Below, piece by piece: positions 11,301-26,300 of a DNA stretch of 64,000 nucleotides (its first letter is position 1; each line of letters opens with the position of its first letter). Origin of the DNA: Phoronis australis. Taxonomy: Eukaryota > Animalia > Phoronida. The stretch is from assembly GCA_002633005.1 (NCBI GenBank), contig NMRA01000220.1:573337-637336 (forward strand). Direction: 5' to 3'. The position numbers were made by a program, and so were the translations under genes. A model generated the notes under the pieces. That model ran no database searches. It was not told where the DNA came from and worked only from the letters and a program-made list of their open reading frames with translations.

Positions 11301-14300
11301 CCTAAACGTGTAATCCCAGCGAGCGTAAACTGCAGTAGCTACCGATGTATAATCAATGTCCACCATTTCTAACGTAGAAGAAGTGTCCAGAACAGCATAA
11401 CCTCTCGATATCGTCGGGGGAGTGTGATCTACTCGAACGCCGTCCGATTCTACTTCAGAATAATGACTGGCATTCCACCAATAACGAATGTACAAGGAGT
11501 ACTCCCGACCTTTCTTAAGCTGTTTGTTGTACGGCAAACAAGACACAGCTGAAGTTATCAATCCGTTGTCGAATATAAACTTTTCAGTAAGTTTATCAAA
11601 TAATCCATCCCCGATAGTACTGTTTTTCCTACCGAAGCCCCATTCATAACGGAAAACTCCATTGTATGACGACCATGATCCCGCAAGACACTTATCAGAG
11701 GCCGTATACGCTTGGTTACTGTTAATATCAAGGCCATCGACAATTTTAAGGGCTCCAGGAGGCGCGACAACTGAACAGGGCTTCTGACTGGGACCGTGTC
11801 GGCAACCGTAAAAGGTGCCGCCATACTCGCCACACGAACATACTTTCTCACAGCCGAACACAGCACAAGAATGCCGTTGAACAAAGAGATGATTGGGAGC
11901 GACAACTTCGACCGACGTCTGTCCAACGTCAGATTTCAAGCCAACACCATTCTCAGCATATATAGTTATATAAACGATGTCACCAACATTTAACGTCTTC
12001 AGTAGGGTAAAGGTATGTCTCTGTGTTTCTGAATTCGTGTCGTGGGAAACATCTGTCGGAGCCAAGATATCCCAGGAATGGTAAGTGCTTCCAAAAGCCA
12101 CAACATACTTAGATAATCCAGACTGCCCATCATAAAACTTTTCCCATTCTAGGGACGCCGTAGTTCTGCCACTTCCGTATGTAAGAGTATGCTTGAAGTG
12201 TCCTAAGTGAGGTGGCGTGGAGTCTACCAACAGCGCTTCAGATGTGGCTACGGTACACAAGCCTGCAGCATTACAAGCGTACACGTTTGCCCAGTATAGG
12301 TCACCGTCGGCCATTTGGCGGTTTCCCGCAAATGCAAAGGTAACATAGTTGGCAGAGTCTATTTCGTAATCACTCACTGGATGTTCGCTATCATCATGTG
12401 ATTTTACGCTGACCACGTGACGTACAACGGGGCTTTCGACATCCTCGAACTTCCAGTTTAGTCGAACAACTGATCGATCATATTGAGTGCTGTTTTTTCT
12501 TGATAAACCAGAGACAAAGAACGCTGGTACTGTTTTCACGGTCGGAGCAGTGTTGTCTATGACAAAATGATTGGATGAAACAATGGTGGACAACTCTGCA
12601 TTATTTGTTGCCTTAAGTTTAACGTACAACTTCTTATGTGGTGTTAAAGACAATCTCCCTCGGTGTACCTCTTGAGACAGATGAGCACTGGTGTACGGAA
12701 CTTCACTGCAGTCCTCTTTCGAATCTGTGCCAATGCACCACTCGTATTGCTTCAAGAGTGACTGTGGGTCGTGAAATCCAAACCAGCGAATAGTAATAGA
12801 CGACCTAGACATAATTATAAAGGAATTACATGTACTAATAGTTCTTCCTTCAAACACGCAGAAGACAATCTGACAAGATGCATGGCGTGCGATCATGACT
12901 AAGATCTTGTGTTCAAGTAGACAAGCTAAAGCCTTGTATAACCGGGATTTAACCCAATAAACGACATTTCGAAGACTAATCATGAAATTTGAAAGCCAGT
13001 GTTTAGCATGCAAGGAGCAAGTTTTTCCAATTCTTTTAATTTATGAGTAACGCAATTTCCTACCCCTGAATACGCTCTACTTTAGTTAGTCCTTATTTAG
13101 TTTCTTCTCTGATTGCCGGAGATGTCCCTTCCTGTACGGTTTTGAAAATTAAATAGTAATTTTTCGAAATAGGTGCACCATATTGAAATTCACTATCTCA
13201 CCAGAGGGCGATGAGATAGGTATTCAGCGCCACCTAATGATCCCATGTATTGCGAATGGAAGGTTTCCGCCTACTGGTAAAATAAGCGATTTTACACATT
13301 TTTGGCTAACATAGTGACTGAAAGTGTCCACTGTTGTGCAATGGGGTGCACTAATGGCTCACGGAATTAGACAAAGTTCTTGAAATATTCATGGATGAAT
13401 GACAGCATGCACTCACTGCGAAGAAGAAACTGTGGCTGAGAATTCAGTCGCCGTGACTGATAAAGCGGGAGAATTGATATTTCTGCCGATATCATAAAGG
13501 TAATGCAAATTAGTGAACTACACCTGATATCTAGTATGAAATTCTGTCCTCCGAACCTTGAGTCGGGAGCAAGCGGGAGTCGCTTTCGCGATGCCATAAC
13601 TCTAGACAGAGCCAATACAAAAAGCCCACTATTCTTAACACAATAAATTATTCGATCATATCGCTTTTCCCGTTTTTATCATTTTTATTTTGTCATTTAC
13701 AAGGAACAAACGAGCTTGACATCGTACGCAATGCATCTTGTCAAATTTTCAACATGAAAGTTTATTGAGACTTAGAAGGAAATTTGGTTTACCATCCATA
13801 CAACTATTACAGAAAAACAATTAAATTTCACATGAGTTTCCCACAATACCCACACGATTGTCTAAGTTACTAAGATGAATTCTATCGATTATTTCTCGAC
13901 TGTGAAACAATCGTACTTATCTGCCTTAATTGTCAGTCACTTTCAGGAAGTAGAGGCCTTGTGATGAATTTTTCACGTAAGGTCGTTTTACTTAAAATTA
14001 TACGAAATCCAGTTTTGATCTGTTAATACACAATTATCACTTAAAGCTTAACTTAAATCTTTGGAACAGAACAGAATGTATGCCTGTAACCCAAGTCAAC
14101 CCTAAAAAATGCCGGTGGCAATGCCAAAGACAAAACCAACGTAACGCAAAATGTGGCCATTGTGTTCTTCATCCGATTTAGGGGAAGACAGTTTGGAACT
14201 CCGATAGTAAAAAACTTACGATTCTGCTTGATACATTGAGTGAAAATCGTCATAGCCAACACGGATTACTCCCGGAAGAGGTGGTGAGTCGTCGCCAATA

Positions 14301-17300
14301 ATGCCGTCTGATGTCGCTGTGTTACACAAGCCAATACTGTTACACGCTTTGACTGTTGTAAAATATTTCTCCCCAGGTAATAGTTGGAATCTAAACTTGT
14401 GCTCTGAAAATAAGTTGGTAGCAAATCTTGTTAAACAGCATTGTGAAAGTCAAAGAAACGACTAATTAGTTTCCAACCAGTCAGTAACCTCACTTGTAGG
14501 CTACCTCTGAAAGTATATACCTAAACATACTTGCTTGCTAAAAAAAGAAAACAAGACAATTTGAATTAAAGCTATTCACGTGAAAGTGTTTCAAAGATTT
14601 CGACATGCCTCCGAAGAAATTCAATGGTTTACCTGTGTCTTGTCCTACATTTTCGAAAGGGTGAGCGTCCTGCTCGCCAGGTTCGGTTCCAACGGCAACC
14701 ATGTAGTTTACATCCGTTTCTGCATCTTGGAATCCAAACCAATTAACGGTCAAAGAAGTCAAATCTTGTTGGTAATCAGCATCCTGTAAAAAGTTTAATC
14801 TCATTCAGAACAGTAAATAATTATCCCAGGCTCTGGTGGATCTAGAATTCCATAAAAATGACACATGGAGCCCAACCAAACTTTTCGTAAGACCTAAAAC
14901 GGCATTCCGATGAAGCTATTGCCGTGTCTTTAGGTGGAAAGGTCCCCTAAACTAAATCGACTTAAGTAAGGCTATGTGAGCACAATAATAAACAGCTCGT
15001 TAGATCGTGAAGCCTAAATACTGAGACTTACATACATATACAAACGACCTGTGGTCCATTGGTAGAGAGCGCCGGGTATGCGTGTGTTTAAGCGTATGTA
15101 CATGTACATGTATAAACAGGACTACCGATATCGCGTGGGTGTGTAGTCCATATTTATTTGTATATAAAGTGCAAAAGGGGCTAGATGTACCTGAGACTTG
15201 TTTAAGCCGTCGTAAACAAAACCTTTGGCTGGTCTCGTTGTGTCACACGTGAACTCAGGAGACGTGGCAGATACCGACAAGCCAACAACATTAGTAGCCT
15301 GAAACCAGTAAATAAAACAGCAAAAACTTAGAGTACATTGGTAACGTGGAGGTTATCACCCAGCATTACAACACATGTCCTTCACAACAAAAGCATACCA
15401 ATTCAACTGAACCAAAAATTCATTACTTACAATTACATGTGCAAAATAGCTGTGTCCCTTCACCAGAGGAAGCCCGGAAAAGACAGCAAAATTATGAGCT
15501 GCCTCTACAAAAGGTGAGATGTCTTGACTGTGCTGATGTCTCCCTATAGCTATTTTGTAGGTCAAGGATGCACTGTGTCGATCTACGAAGTCTCCCCAGT
15601 GAACTTGAAATCGATCACAATGAACAGCCGGCAGATGGCGACCCAGGGTTCCAACTCTGACAAAACTGGCTTCCGGTGGCGTTGTATCCACGAGAACGCC
15701 CTGGGAAACTGCATCGGTCCATAACCCTACATGGTCGAAAGCTGTAAAAATGAAATCGACTATTATACCTACCCTGACAAAACCCAGCGTGATCATAAGC
15801 CAATAAGAAGTGAAGACAAAAACGCCTAAGAATTTGACGGGGTTCCAGTTTGCAATCAAAACAAAATATTACTTGTGGTTGAAATGCTCACTGTGGAAAT
15901 AGGCCTACAGTGTACTATCGAATAGTGGAATAATCTACAGAGAAATTCTAAACGCTTTAAGTTAGTTCACAATTAAGTTTCTGCAATATCTTAACTGTGG
16001 GCACAATTCAGCCTTGATTCATGACTTGTCAACTTTATGATTATAAAATGGAAATTGCGAGGTGTATTCAACTTCCATTGCATTTCCGCACTCTTCATGA
16101 GGATTTACAAACTCATGAACGACTATTAATTAGTTATCTACTTGTCCACTTAATGGTACTAAAATAGATGATCTGTTGCAAACCAATGGAAATCATAGCA
16201 TCATTTCAAATGTTTACTCGACGTTTACAAGTACCGGTGACAATATCATATTCCTCCAGTACAGTTCACTATGAATAATTTCTCAGCTGGCGCTGAAAAA
16301 AATTGCCTCTTTTTCTTAACAATGTGTGTAAATTTACATGTATGTCACAAAGTTGTGTGTGTGTGTGCGTGTGCGCGCGCACGCGCGCGTGTGTGTATAG
16401 AGTTGAAACATGATAACCAAATGAACCAAGTAGTTTCTTACAGCTATTTCCCCCCAAAACGCACGTGCAATTACTTGCTGTTTTCAAAGCCGAGTGGCCA
16501 TTTAGGAAAGCAACGTAAGCAGAATAAAGTCGTAATCATTCGATAACACTAAAAAGGACATCAATCACTGAATAAAAAGTTAAAAAAAAATTTAGGCAAG
16601 CTGCAGGAATGCAGACCCACTCCGCTGTCTAACAGTTTCGGTATTTCTGAAGATGTTCAAAGACGTCTTGCACGGAAGTCTGTTGACTTTTTACATGTAT
16701 TCATGATAGTAAATGAATTGCAGCTTAGGGCCTCGTGCAAAAAGGAGGCCTCATCTCGTCCAAACAGTTGCTACCCAAAAGATATAACGACGGAGGTGGA
16801 GGAACAACCCATTAAACTAAAAACATGGGCGCACTAGGGGAGAGGCTCGAACAAACCTCCCATTTGGCGAATTGGGCAAAAAGGTTCGCCTCAGGGAAAC
16901 AAAAAGTCCTGTTAAACAAAACAAAATTGTCCACAAAATCCAGGGGATGTCAACGCGGACGCACAATTCGTGGGCCTGAACCTAGTGGCTCCGTTATCTT
17001 TAGTCCACGATTTCTTCCAGAAAAAGGTACGCATATCGAAAGAATCAAGCTCCCCTATATTTTAGGCTGGGTGAACGCATGAAAAAAGCTGTGACTTTGG
17101 GCTTCTCACAAAATAGGACACCCAAATCCTAATCACAGGTTACCCTCAAGTCATGACGACACGGAGATGGGTGGGGCAGTAGGAAAACTAGGGCGACTAG
17201 ACGACTAGAAAATTGTGACAACTTGGGTTCCTGAGCAATTATGGAGACTGGGGGGAGGGGCAGTACCGCACAGGTAGGGGGTGGGACAGGGGCGACGGCC

Positions 17301-20300
17301 CTAGGCATCCCATTAGGAGGGGAGGGAAATCTAGTCACTATGCATGGATTTTTTTGGAATTGTGATTTATTTGTAGTTACCGGTATACTGATTAAAGTTT
17401 CTATTTTATATTTCCTCTTTTTTACCCCTGTTAGTACTACAGTCCATGCATTTCAGTAGAGAGAGGTGCATCCAATAAGACATCGCCCCGGGGCATCATC
17501 AAACTTTTGAAGGCTACTGGGTAGAGGTTAGTTCGAAAATTGTAGTTAAAAGGTATTACAAGAGCCCTCAGACTTTCTACAGCTTTGGGTTCCCGAAAAA
17601 TTTGAATCCGAGACTGATTTCTTTTGTTATATAGACAGATAACTCCTCCGGTAATCTTCAGATTTGCGCCTCCTTGTCTCACAATTAGACACTGTTTCAG
17701 CCATGTCGAAATCAGAATAGAGAGCGCTACACGGAGTGACTGCACGTCTCTACGGACCCACACATAATACATGTATATACATGTACATAGCTTTGACAGA
17801 ATCAGTTAAGGCATTTTTGTCTGTCTAAACTCGACCTTACAGCGCAGAAGCCTGTTCAATTGGATGCACGCCAGGATTAAGTGAAAGTGACATTCCGCGA
17901 TAATTACGGAATTATAGCACAATGGGTTTTGCTAGTAAACTTCTTTGTTTTGAAACTTGACATCCCAGATGTTTACTTGAATTACTGACATAGCCACAAC
18001 ACCGTGATCCAGACAGAAATAGCGTAACGCAAAGCAGTTTTTTGGCCTCAGGATAAAACTAAGCTATATTAAATTTGACTGGATATAATTTGACCTAATT
18101 GTGTACAATGACCGATCAACCGCTGTGTTTCGGTCAATTGAATGGTCTGCAAGATCGTGATCGGTGAAAACAACGACCATTTTATGATCACAGTGTCGTC
18201 GGATGTCAGAGGAAGCCGGCAGTGATATTGTGGCAAAAACGTGTTTATTTTCTGTCAACGGCGGTAGCTTGGAGAAGCGTTAAGCTGTGACAATATCCAC
18301 TCATCAAAGGCATTTTTCTAGAGTTTTTGACACTATTGAGAAGGATTGGGGTATTCATTGTTTCACTTTCATTTGGAGGAAAAGATTTTCGATTAAGTAG
18401 AAACAAGAGCAACGCAGAGCTTTGAAATGCGCCCACGAATGCATTGCAAATGGTGTGCTTTTAGGGTGATTTATTTGTATCATAAAATAGCCACTAGATG
18501 GCGCAAAAATATACAATCCATCCAAAAACAGGAACATGCCATATTTCATTAAAACTGTCAAGGAATTTCAGAGAAACAAAGGAAAACCGAATAAAATGAA
18601 GTTGCCACTAGTGGGCACAGTGTCCGTTGGATCCGCTTTTGAAGATACTGAGTTAAACGTAATAAACTAAAATTGTCACTAGGGGGCACAGCAGTAGTCA
18701 GATCTGTCGAAAGTCGTCGTCATCCGTTGTCAACATCTTATAAAAACACTTCCTAAATTAAGTAGAGATCCTGCGAACGGTTTAGGAGATATAGCCATAG
18801 GCGCAACAAAAACAAAACTACCACTAGGAGGCGCCACAGTAGTCAAAATCGTCGGAAAATCATCGTCAACTGTCCTCTTTATAGTAAGCACATACATGCC
18901 AGTTTTCACAATCATCCTTTGAGTGGTTTGGTTGATAGAGGGGTGGACACAAAAAACAGTAAAAATGGTCACTAGGTGGCGCAAACAACGTCGAATCCAT
19001 CCGAAAACGAAAGGATAGCGTTATCTTACTAATAGGTAGCTACATGTCAAATTTCATGAAAATCCGTTCAGGACTTTTGAAGATACAAAGGTAAGGGTAA
19101 AAAATAAAATTGCCACTAGGGGGCACACCGGTAGTCGGATCCGTCCGAAAGTTCGCTCATGCCGTCTCATTTATGAATGGAACATGTGTGCTAAATTTCA
19201 TGAACGTATGTCAAAGGGTTTTGGAGATAGAGCAGCGGACGCCGGACGCCGGAAGGACGCCGGACGGACGCCGCCCGGACGGACGGACGGACGGACGGAC
19301 AGACGGACGCACGGACGGAGATGACGGCATAAGGCGTCCACACATAAAAATGTGGGCGCGTAAAAAGTGAGCGCTATGTTTTTTTTCAGAAATATAGCAT
19401 AAAACAGTGTGAGACGTACAGTGTAGCTTACCTCTAACGACGACGTAATACGTAATCCCAGAATTCAGATTAAGGCTATTTGCTATCACACTTTGTGATT
19501 CACCGACGTCCACGAAGTTGCGAACATCCACGTCGCCTGGCGATGTACCTTAAAGAGAAACTCGAGCTAACAACTTTAAAATTCTCGTGTAAGAAAACTA
19601 ATAAAAATAATTGTCCTTAAAACAGTAGCGAATTACTGCATTTCGAATAGGCGACTAACAACTAGTAGGCAACTACACGATCAAGCTGTATTGCACAACC
19701 TCGGGAAATTGTCATGGTATTAAACTTCCCGCACCAACTTCGAGTAAAACGCCAGAAACACTGAACCGCTGAACCATGAGTACGAACCACAGTTCATATA
19801 AACTGTAAGAAAAGCATGAGGTATGCAGACCACACAATCCCCTATTTCAGTTTGAATAGTTTTCACGAATAATTTGATGTTTGAATCTGATTTTTGATGT
19901 GATGATTGATTTTACGGCTCGTAAATTGATGCGTGACTTCATCGTACGTGCGATGTTCAGTTCTTCAAAGCTAGTGCATGTACATGTATGTGTAATTAAG
20001 CTAACGTACATGCAGGACCCTATAAAAATGACACAATTTTGCCTGATTTACAAGAACCATATCTTAGAAAAGGCTGATCCGATTCATATGAAACTTTCAG
20101 GTACCATGGTTGATACCCTATTCTCAAAAACGTGTTTTTAAAATGTCCCATTTTTGCATATGAGGGGCCATAAGTAAACGAAAGTTTTGTGATTTTCAAG
20201 TAAACATTTTCAATTTGCATAAAAAGAAACGAAATGACATTCCAGAAAGCTTTAGTTGTACGGCGTTTTTGATTTCTCACTTTCAACTGTTCATAGGAAA

Positions 20301-23300
20301 TGAAACTTGATCATGTTATAGATAGCATTGTTTTGCTATCATGGTGCCCGTTTTGGCTAAATATTACTAACAAAACATAATCACGTGACGCAATTGATTG
20401 GTAAAATGTAAAAAATCAAGTTTTACACACTATCTACTTTCATTGATGTATATACTGTTACTAAGTTAAAAAATCCATGGTTTTCTCGATATGCTACTAA
20501 TAAGTTCATATTAACTCGACGTTTTCTCTACTCCTTAGACACCATCAGGATACAAAGAATCAGACATCGATTTTCGACATACGAGTCAGGTAACATCCAA
20601 GAAGTAAAAGGAGTGTAACGAATGGGAGGAAATAGTAAACAGGTCACCACCATGATAGCTTTAGGTTCACAGAGTTCTGTATGTTATTCAGAGAGCCAGC
20701 AGCATGTTGGCCCTGAATGGCCAGTGACTCTTTAATGTAGAGTAATTACTTTACAGGTTGTTTACACACTGTACTGAATGAATTAGCTTGGCGACACAAT
20801 GCCTATTGACGTTGCTTTTGTGTGAGGAGTGAATTCCTCTCAATATGTAGGCGTCTCAGCGTGAGTCCTATATAGAATTGACCCTTGCGTAATGTCGACT
20901 AATAAACAATAAGTTTTACCCGGCAACGTGTTGTTTGTAGGGTAAAATGGCGGCTTGGAAATGAAGGTGTGTCAAGAATGATGAGTTCTAAGTGGTCAGT
21001 TAAGTAACACTCAAAATCCCGGCGATAGCTAAATTCATAACAATTATCACATTCAACCTAATAAACAGCATTGCTATTGTTTAACAAAGGATGAAGTGAC
21101 TTCTGTTTACAGAGCATATTGGATACTTTACAAAGGGTTTGAAAACCACTATCATATCAACGGCATAGACCCTATGCAATGTAAAAGACGAAATAATTGA
21201 CGCGTCAAATTCAGACTACTGGGCCCAGTGTAATCAAGAGAAAAGAAAACATTCTTTTACATGCACAGCTCTGTGACCTAACGGCTATGGTGATGACGTG
21301 TCAACTATTTCCTGTCAATGTTATTGCACTCATTTCACTTCATGTATGTAACCTGACTCGTATGTCGACACTTGATGTCTGATTGTTTGTATCCTGATGA
21401 TGGCTAAAGAATATACGAAATGGCGAATTTTCATTTGTGCGGCGATTGTCCGTTTTGTGATTGCCGATAAAGCCCTGCATAACAATGTCTTGTGTACGAG
21501 CACTGGTCTATCGAACCCCTCAGGTCAACTGTAAATGAAACATTTACCTTGCAAACCTCTACTAACATGTTGCACTTTACAGAAAGTAGCCTACATGGCC
21601 TTTGGTTTTACATCGACTGCAATTCAGTAATGGTCAGGTGAAGGTTGGGTGAAAATTTACCTATTGCGTATTGAAAATTCTTTATTCCCGTGGAATGAAA
21701 CATGCTGTCTCCCGCAATCTCTTCCAAATCAGTGAATCCTGACCACGTGATGAACAACTCCTTGTTATTGTAAGTAAATCCCTCATTCACTGTGTTCACT
21801 TTCACAGTTCCCGGTCTTGGTGCGGTTGTGTCTACAATATAACCGTTGCTGCACATGCGTAGCTCTGGAAGCCTCTCTTTGGATTTCTCGCGCACGATTT
21901 CAGCTTCATCACTATGTACACACGTGAAGTACTTTTTCCCGTGCTTCAGACTGAGACCAGTAAAAGTCACGAAGTTGTTGGCGGTGTTGATTGTGTTGCC
22001 TATGCATTCTTTCATTCCAAACGCGCAACCAAAAGGCATTTGCATGGTTGCGTTAGTAGCATTAACTGGATGATTCGTTAAATTATAGGACCAGCGAATG
22101 TAGTGACGAAGAGCTCCAGGTGTGTCCGTGATGTACCAGTGGTAAGCTGGATATTGTAACCCTGTTATAGCAGCTGAAACGTTGGTAGTATCTGTGACGT
22201 AGTCGACGTCAAGAGAGTGCAGAAGACGTACCTTTTCTCCAAGCTTGTGACTGCTGATAATTTGTTTTACACCACTGAGGTTGTTGAGATCGTAAACATA
22301 ATGACCTTCGTCAATTCCAGTGTCACCAATTTCAAAAGATAGCCGTGCTGACGAGACGGCAAATTTACCAAGCGGGTTGTACCCCTTCACTGCGAAATAA
22401 AGTGGCTTCAAAGGTCTGTGCTTCACATTCATTTGAAACGACACCTGTGGGTGCAAGGGAAGAATCAAAACATGTTCACTAGTTCATCATTACAAGCACC
22501 TCGTATGCTATTTAACTTCAAATACAATGTAAATGGCACGAGACACCGCACAAGAAACACATTTTACTTTAATGACCGTCAGTAAGAAACAAATAAAATT
22601 GTATACAAACCTGTATTTTAGTCTTGTGGTTTGGCAGTGGAGTATTATTCCACGAGGTGATGGATGCCTTTCCGTCAAGTTCAGATGTCAAAGCCCATTT
22701 ATAGTCATTAGCCTTGTGCTGGAGTGTCCCTTCTGTTATTGAAAATGGGTACCATTCAGCTTCAATTGCAAGTATTAAACTCTCACCAACTTTCGTTACA
22801 GATTTTACAGCAGCAGATATGCTGGTTGGTTCTACGTTTTCGCTGTACACTAGGACGCCTCTGGATGAAACTGCGGGTAAACAGGTTTCTTGAAAGCACA
22901 TGGCAACTGTGATGCGATATCTTTTACCATTGTCGAGTCTGAGATTCCCAAATACGAACGTGTTCAGACGACCAACATTTAAATTAGACGCAACTGCACC
23001 TGCCTCCTTGCAAGACACAACGTTCGCTTCCAGTCTGCAATCATCTTCCACTATGGAGACAGAGTAATGGGTGAACATTGATTCCAGGTCACCGCTGTAG
23101 CGCCACCACCCGGATAGATGGAGGCGAGAGCTTTGATATGAAATCTCGCTGGAGCATAACGTCAAATTGTTACAACCTGGGCCATCAAAGACCTCCAGTC
23201 TAGAACGGCGAGCAAACTGTCCGATAATGTTCACGCCATCTGATGCCGCTATCACTTCGCCTATGGTATTAGTGGCTTTGACTATAAAATATATCTTCCT

Positions 23301-26300
23301 GTCTTCCAAAGAAAGGGTGGTGAAACAGTGCCAGAACGAGGAGCTGGCAACTTTGAACTGTACGATATCGTCGACAGAAGGCGTACTTCCCAGGGCAACT
23401 TGATATGTAACTATATCCCTATGGTGTTTAAACCCACTCCATTTTCCACACACAGTGGAATTGCTTAATTGGAAATCAATGTCAGATCCACTACCATCCT
23501 TGGCGTTGTTATCGATGTCATACACAATTCCTGTCGATGGCTTTGTGGTTGTTGGAAGTCGAAATGCTCGAGATCTTACGATGGTAGACAGACGAGCTGA
23601 GTTGAAGACTTCGACGGCAAATACATACTCCTCGTCAGCCTCGTTATCGTGGTTAATGAGACTTTGGAGAGAGAAACTTGCTGTGTAGTTTCCTGTGCGT
23701 GACTGGATAGTTTTGAACTTAGCAACCTCTTGAATATCGTGTGTTGTTCCTAAAACAAAAAACAATGCACATCTTTGATGACTCTTTTTTATGTTCGATC
23801 TGGATTCGTTCACAAGTAGAACGCCCTTATCGCTATTCCAAAAAATTACAATGACATTTGGGCCACCTCGAAATCCAGCTAATGCCTGCTGGTTTGGCAG
23901 TGGGCCGAATTATGCTGCACACCCAGTAAAATTAACGAGAAGCATAAAATGGTAATATTGTACATAAGTTTTAGGCTATAAATGTCCCATTTCTTAACCA
24001 CGGGTAGGTTTCATAAACAATTCAAATATGTTATTGAAAATTGTCACAACCATGACTTAAGACAAATCAAAATGGTTTGAGCTGGAGGCCATGGTAAAAT
24101 TGCTTTGTAACGAATTATCGTGAGCATGCGCTTACCTAACGCCCATTTAAAGATTGATATTGGACTTTCATCTTCACTGTCAGTAAAATCAGAGGAAGAC
24201 CAGTTTAGAGTCACATTCTCGGCTCCTATTTCTGAAACCAAGGCTCTTGACGTGGATGGGGGTGTCTGGTCTATAACAAATGGTCCTATGGCTTTGACTG
24301 TTTCCAAGTCAGCTTTATTGATAGCTTTAATCATCACAAAGACGCGTGAAGCTTGACCGAATCCAGTGTGGAGTTTTTTAAAGTGTGCCTTCATGTTCGT
24401 GGACTGGTAACCAACAATGTCTGGTCTTGCTTTGTTCATGGGGTTTGACGCAAATCCTACTTCATAATCACGTATTTGACTCTCAGTTTCATTAAAAATC
24501 CACGAGAGTTCAAGCGAATCTTTGTGGTGATATACGGGAGGCCGATTGTTGGTGAATATACCGTGGGGAACTTTATAACTAACAAACGCTGGAGGAGTCT
24601 TGTCTACAGTGACACCATCACTGCATGACGGCATTGACGGAGTTATCGCATTGTTGATGGCGATGACGCTCACAAAGTAACTTGTCAAGTTAGTTGTAAG
24701 TCGGCCAGTAGTTGTGTCCGTTGTCTTTGTTCCGTTAGAGTAAAGTTCACGTGTAGTCCAACAGCGATCAGCAATAGCATACCTGAAGAACAAATGTAAC
24801 ATCCGCCAGGCTGTGATTCTGAATTACGATTTTTTTTGCCAACTTTTGTGGCATCTTTGTTGTCAACGAACTTGATTTAACGCACACTTACTTCAAAACA
24901 TCTCAAAAAGCAACACCTGAGGCATTTGTCAGAACACTGAATCTCAAAAACTAACGTTTTCAGGAAGTATGTGCATTGAAGTTACAGGAATAGTACTTTA
25001 TCTGCAGTACACACGAAATATTGGCCTCGTGCACACCTTCAAATTGCATTGGTCATATTCAGAAATTACAGAGTCATCAAAATTCCAGGAACTCAACCAA
25101 TTTGACAGAACTTGTAAATACACGCGGCGATTCAACGTCATTCGTTGCTCTTTTACTTCTGCCTTTGCTGTTCAGCCGCAAGTAACCTAAGATTAAGTGG
25201 ATTATTTGAACACACCTCTGTGTGATGTAAATATATAATTCCAGTGCAAAATCTGCGCCTTCGCCTGCCGAACTATTAATCAACTGTCACAAGATACAGC
25301 CAGGCCATTCGCCATTGGTAAGGTTCGTGAGGAATGACCACAGGTATTTTTCAGTATGGCGCTTTCTCTCAATTTGGAGTCAGGAGTGACGTGTTGACTG
25401 TTTAGGCAAAAGGCCACGCAAAACACTGGATATAGTCCTAACTCATCCTTCCTCAAAAGTATATTGTGGGCGTCAACGATCACACGGTTTATAGAACAGA
25501 ACGAAAGACAGAAAGGTGAAGTCCCAAAATGGATGACTTAAACATGGGTGGCGGACCATAAGGGCTGGGGCGCTACAGATTTCATTGCTGCAGAGCCCAT
25601 ATTAAGTAGTGGTTCCATGTTTCTGAAAGGCTACTTTAGCTTTGAATGCTTATGGTTTATTTCATTCCCAATTAGAACATAATGGAAATCACGAAATTAT
25701 GTGTCGCTAATTCTTCTAGGAGTTTTCTTTGACGTGATAGCATTTGATTTCTATCAGGAAATGAAATTAAAAGGTCACTTGACATAGACAAGAAGCCACC
25801 CAATTTTAATAAGATGGCATACCGCCTCAAAAAAGGATTATTTTCCGTGGATCAAAAAGGTACACCTATTTTCTGATTTTGCTCAGAAAATCTTTATGCC
25901 AACCAGAAACTTTGCAGGCGCCCCTAACAGTCTTCCAAACATGATTTAAGTTAAGCTGCATATCTTCAATACGGATCCCGCACTTCTTAAATCAGTCGTT
26001 TTGTGACTTTCGTTTGGTGACTAGCGAATTTTCGTAAAATCATATTCTGTCACTGCAAGATAAAATATCTTAGATATATTTCAAATTGTCCAGAATCTCC
26101 TAATGAATATCTACGTGTTCTTGCTCCAAATTCTCTAGAAATTAAGCGGAAAAAACAAACGGTATATTTAACTAGCTGAATCATTTAGTTTGCAAGGTCG
26201 CACCTGTAATAGCGTATTCCACTTTCGTAATCAATAAACCCGCCCCAAGAGCCAATTACGATCTGATCGCTTTTGTAATCGACATCCTTTTGCATTGGAG

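Noticed and set aside
17249-17327. G-quadruplex-prone G-run cluster
   Set aside because: It is present but mid-intron with no supporting context, and probably part of an unclassified repeat.
7434-24802. Treating the long ORFs (600, 465, 414, 286, 252, 236 aa) as separate genes or an operon
   Set aside because: Each is bounded by splice sites and they join in phase into one protein. Their listed starts lie mostly in intronic read-through.
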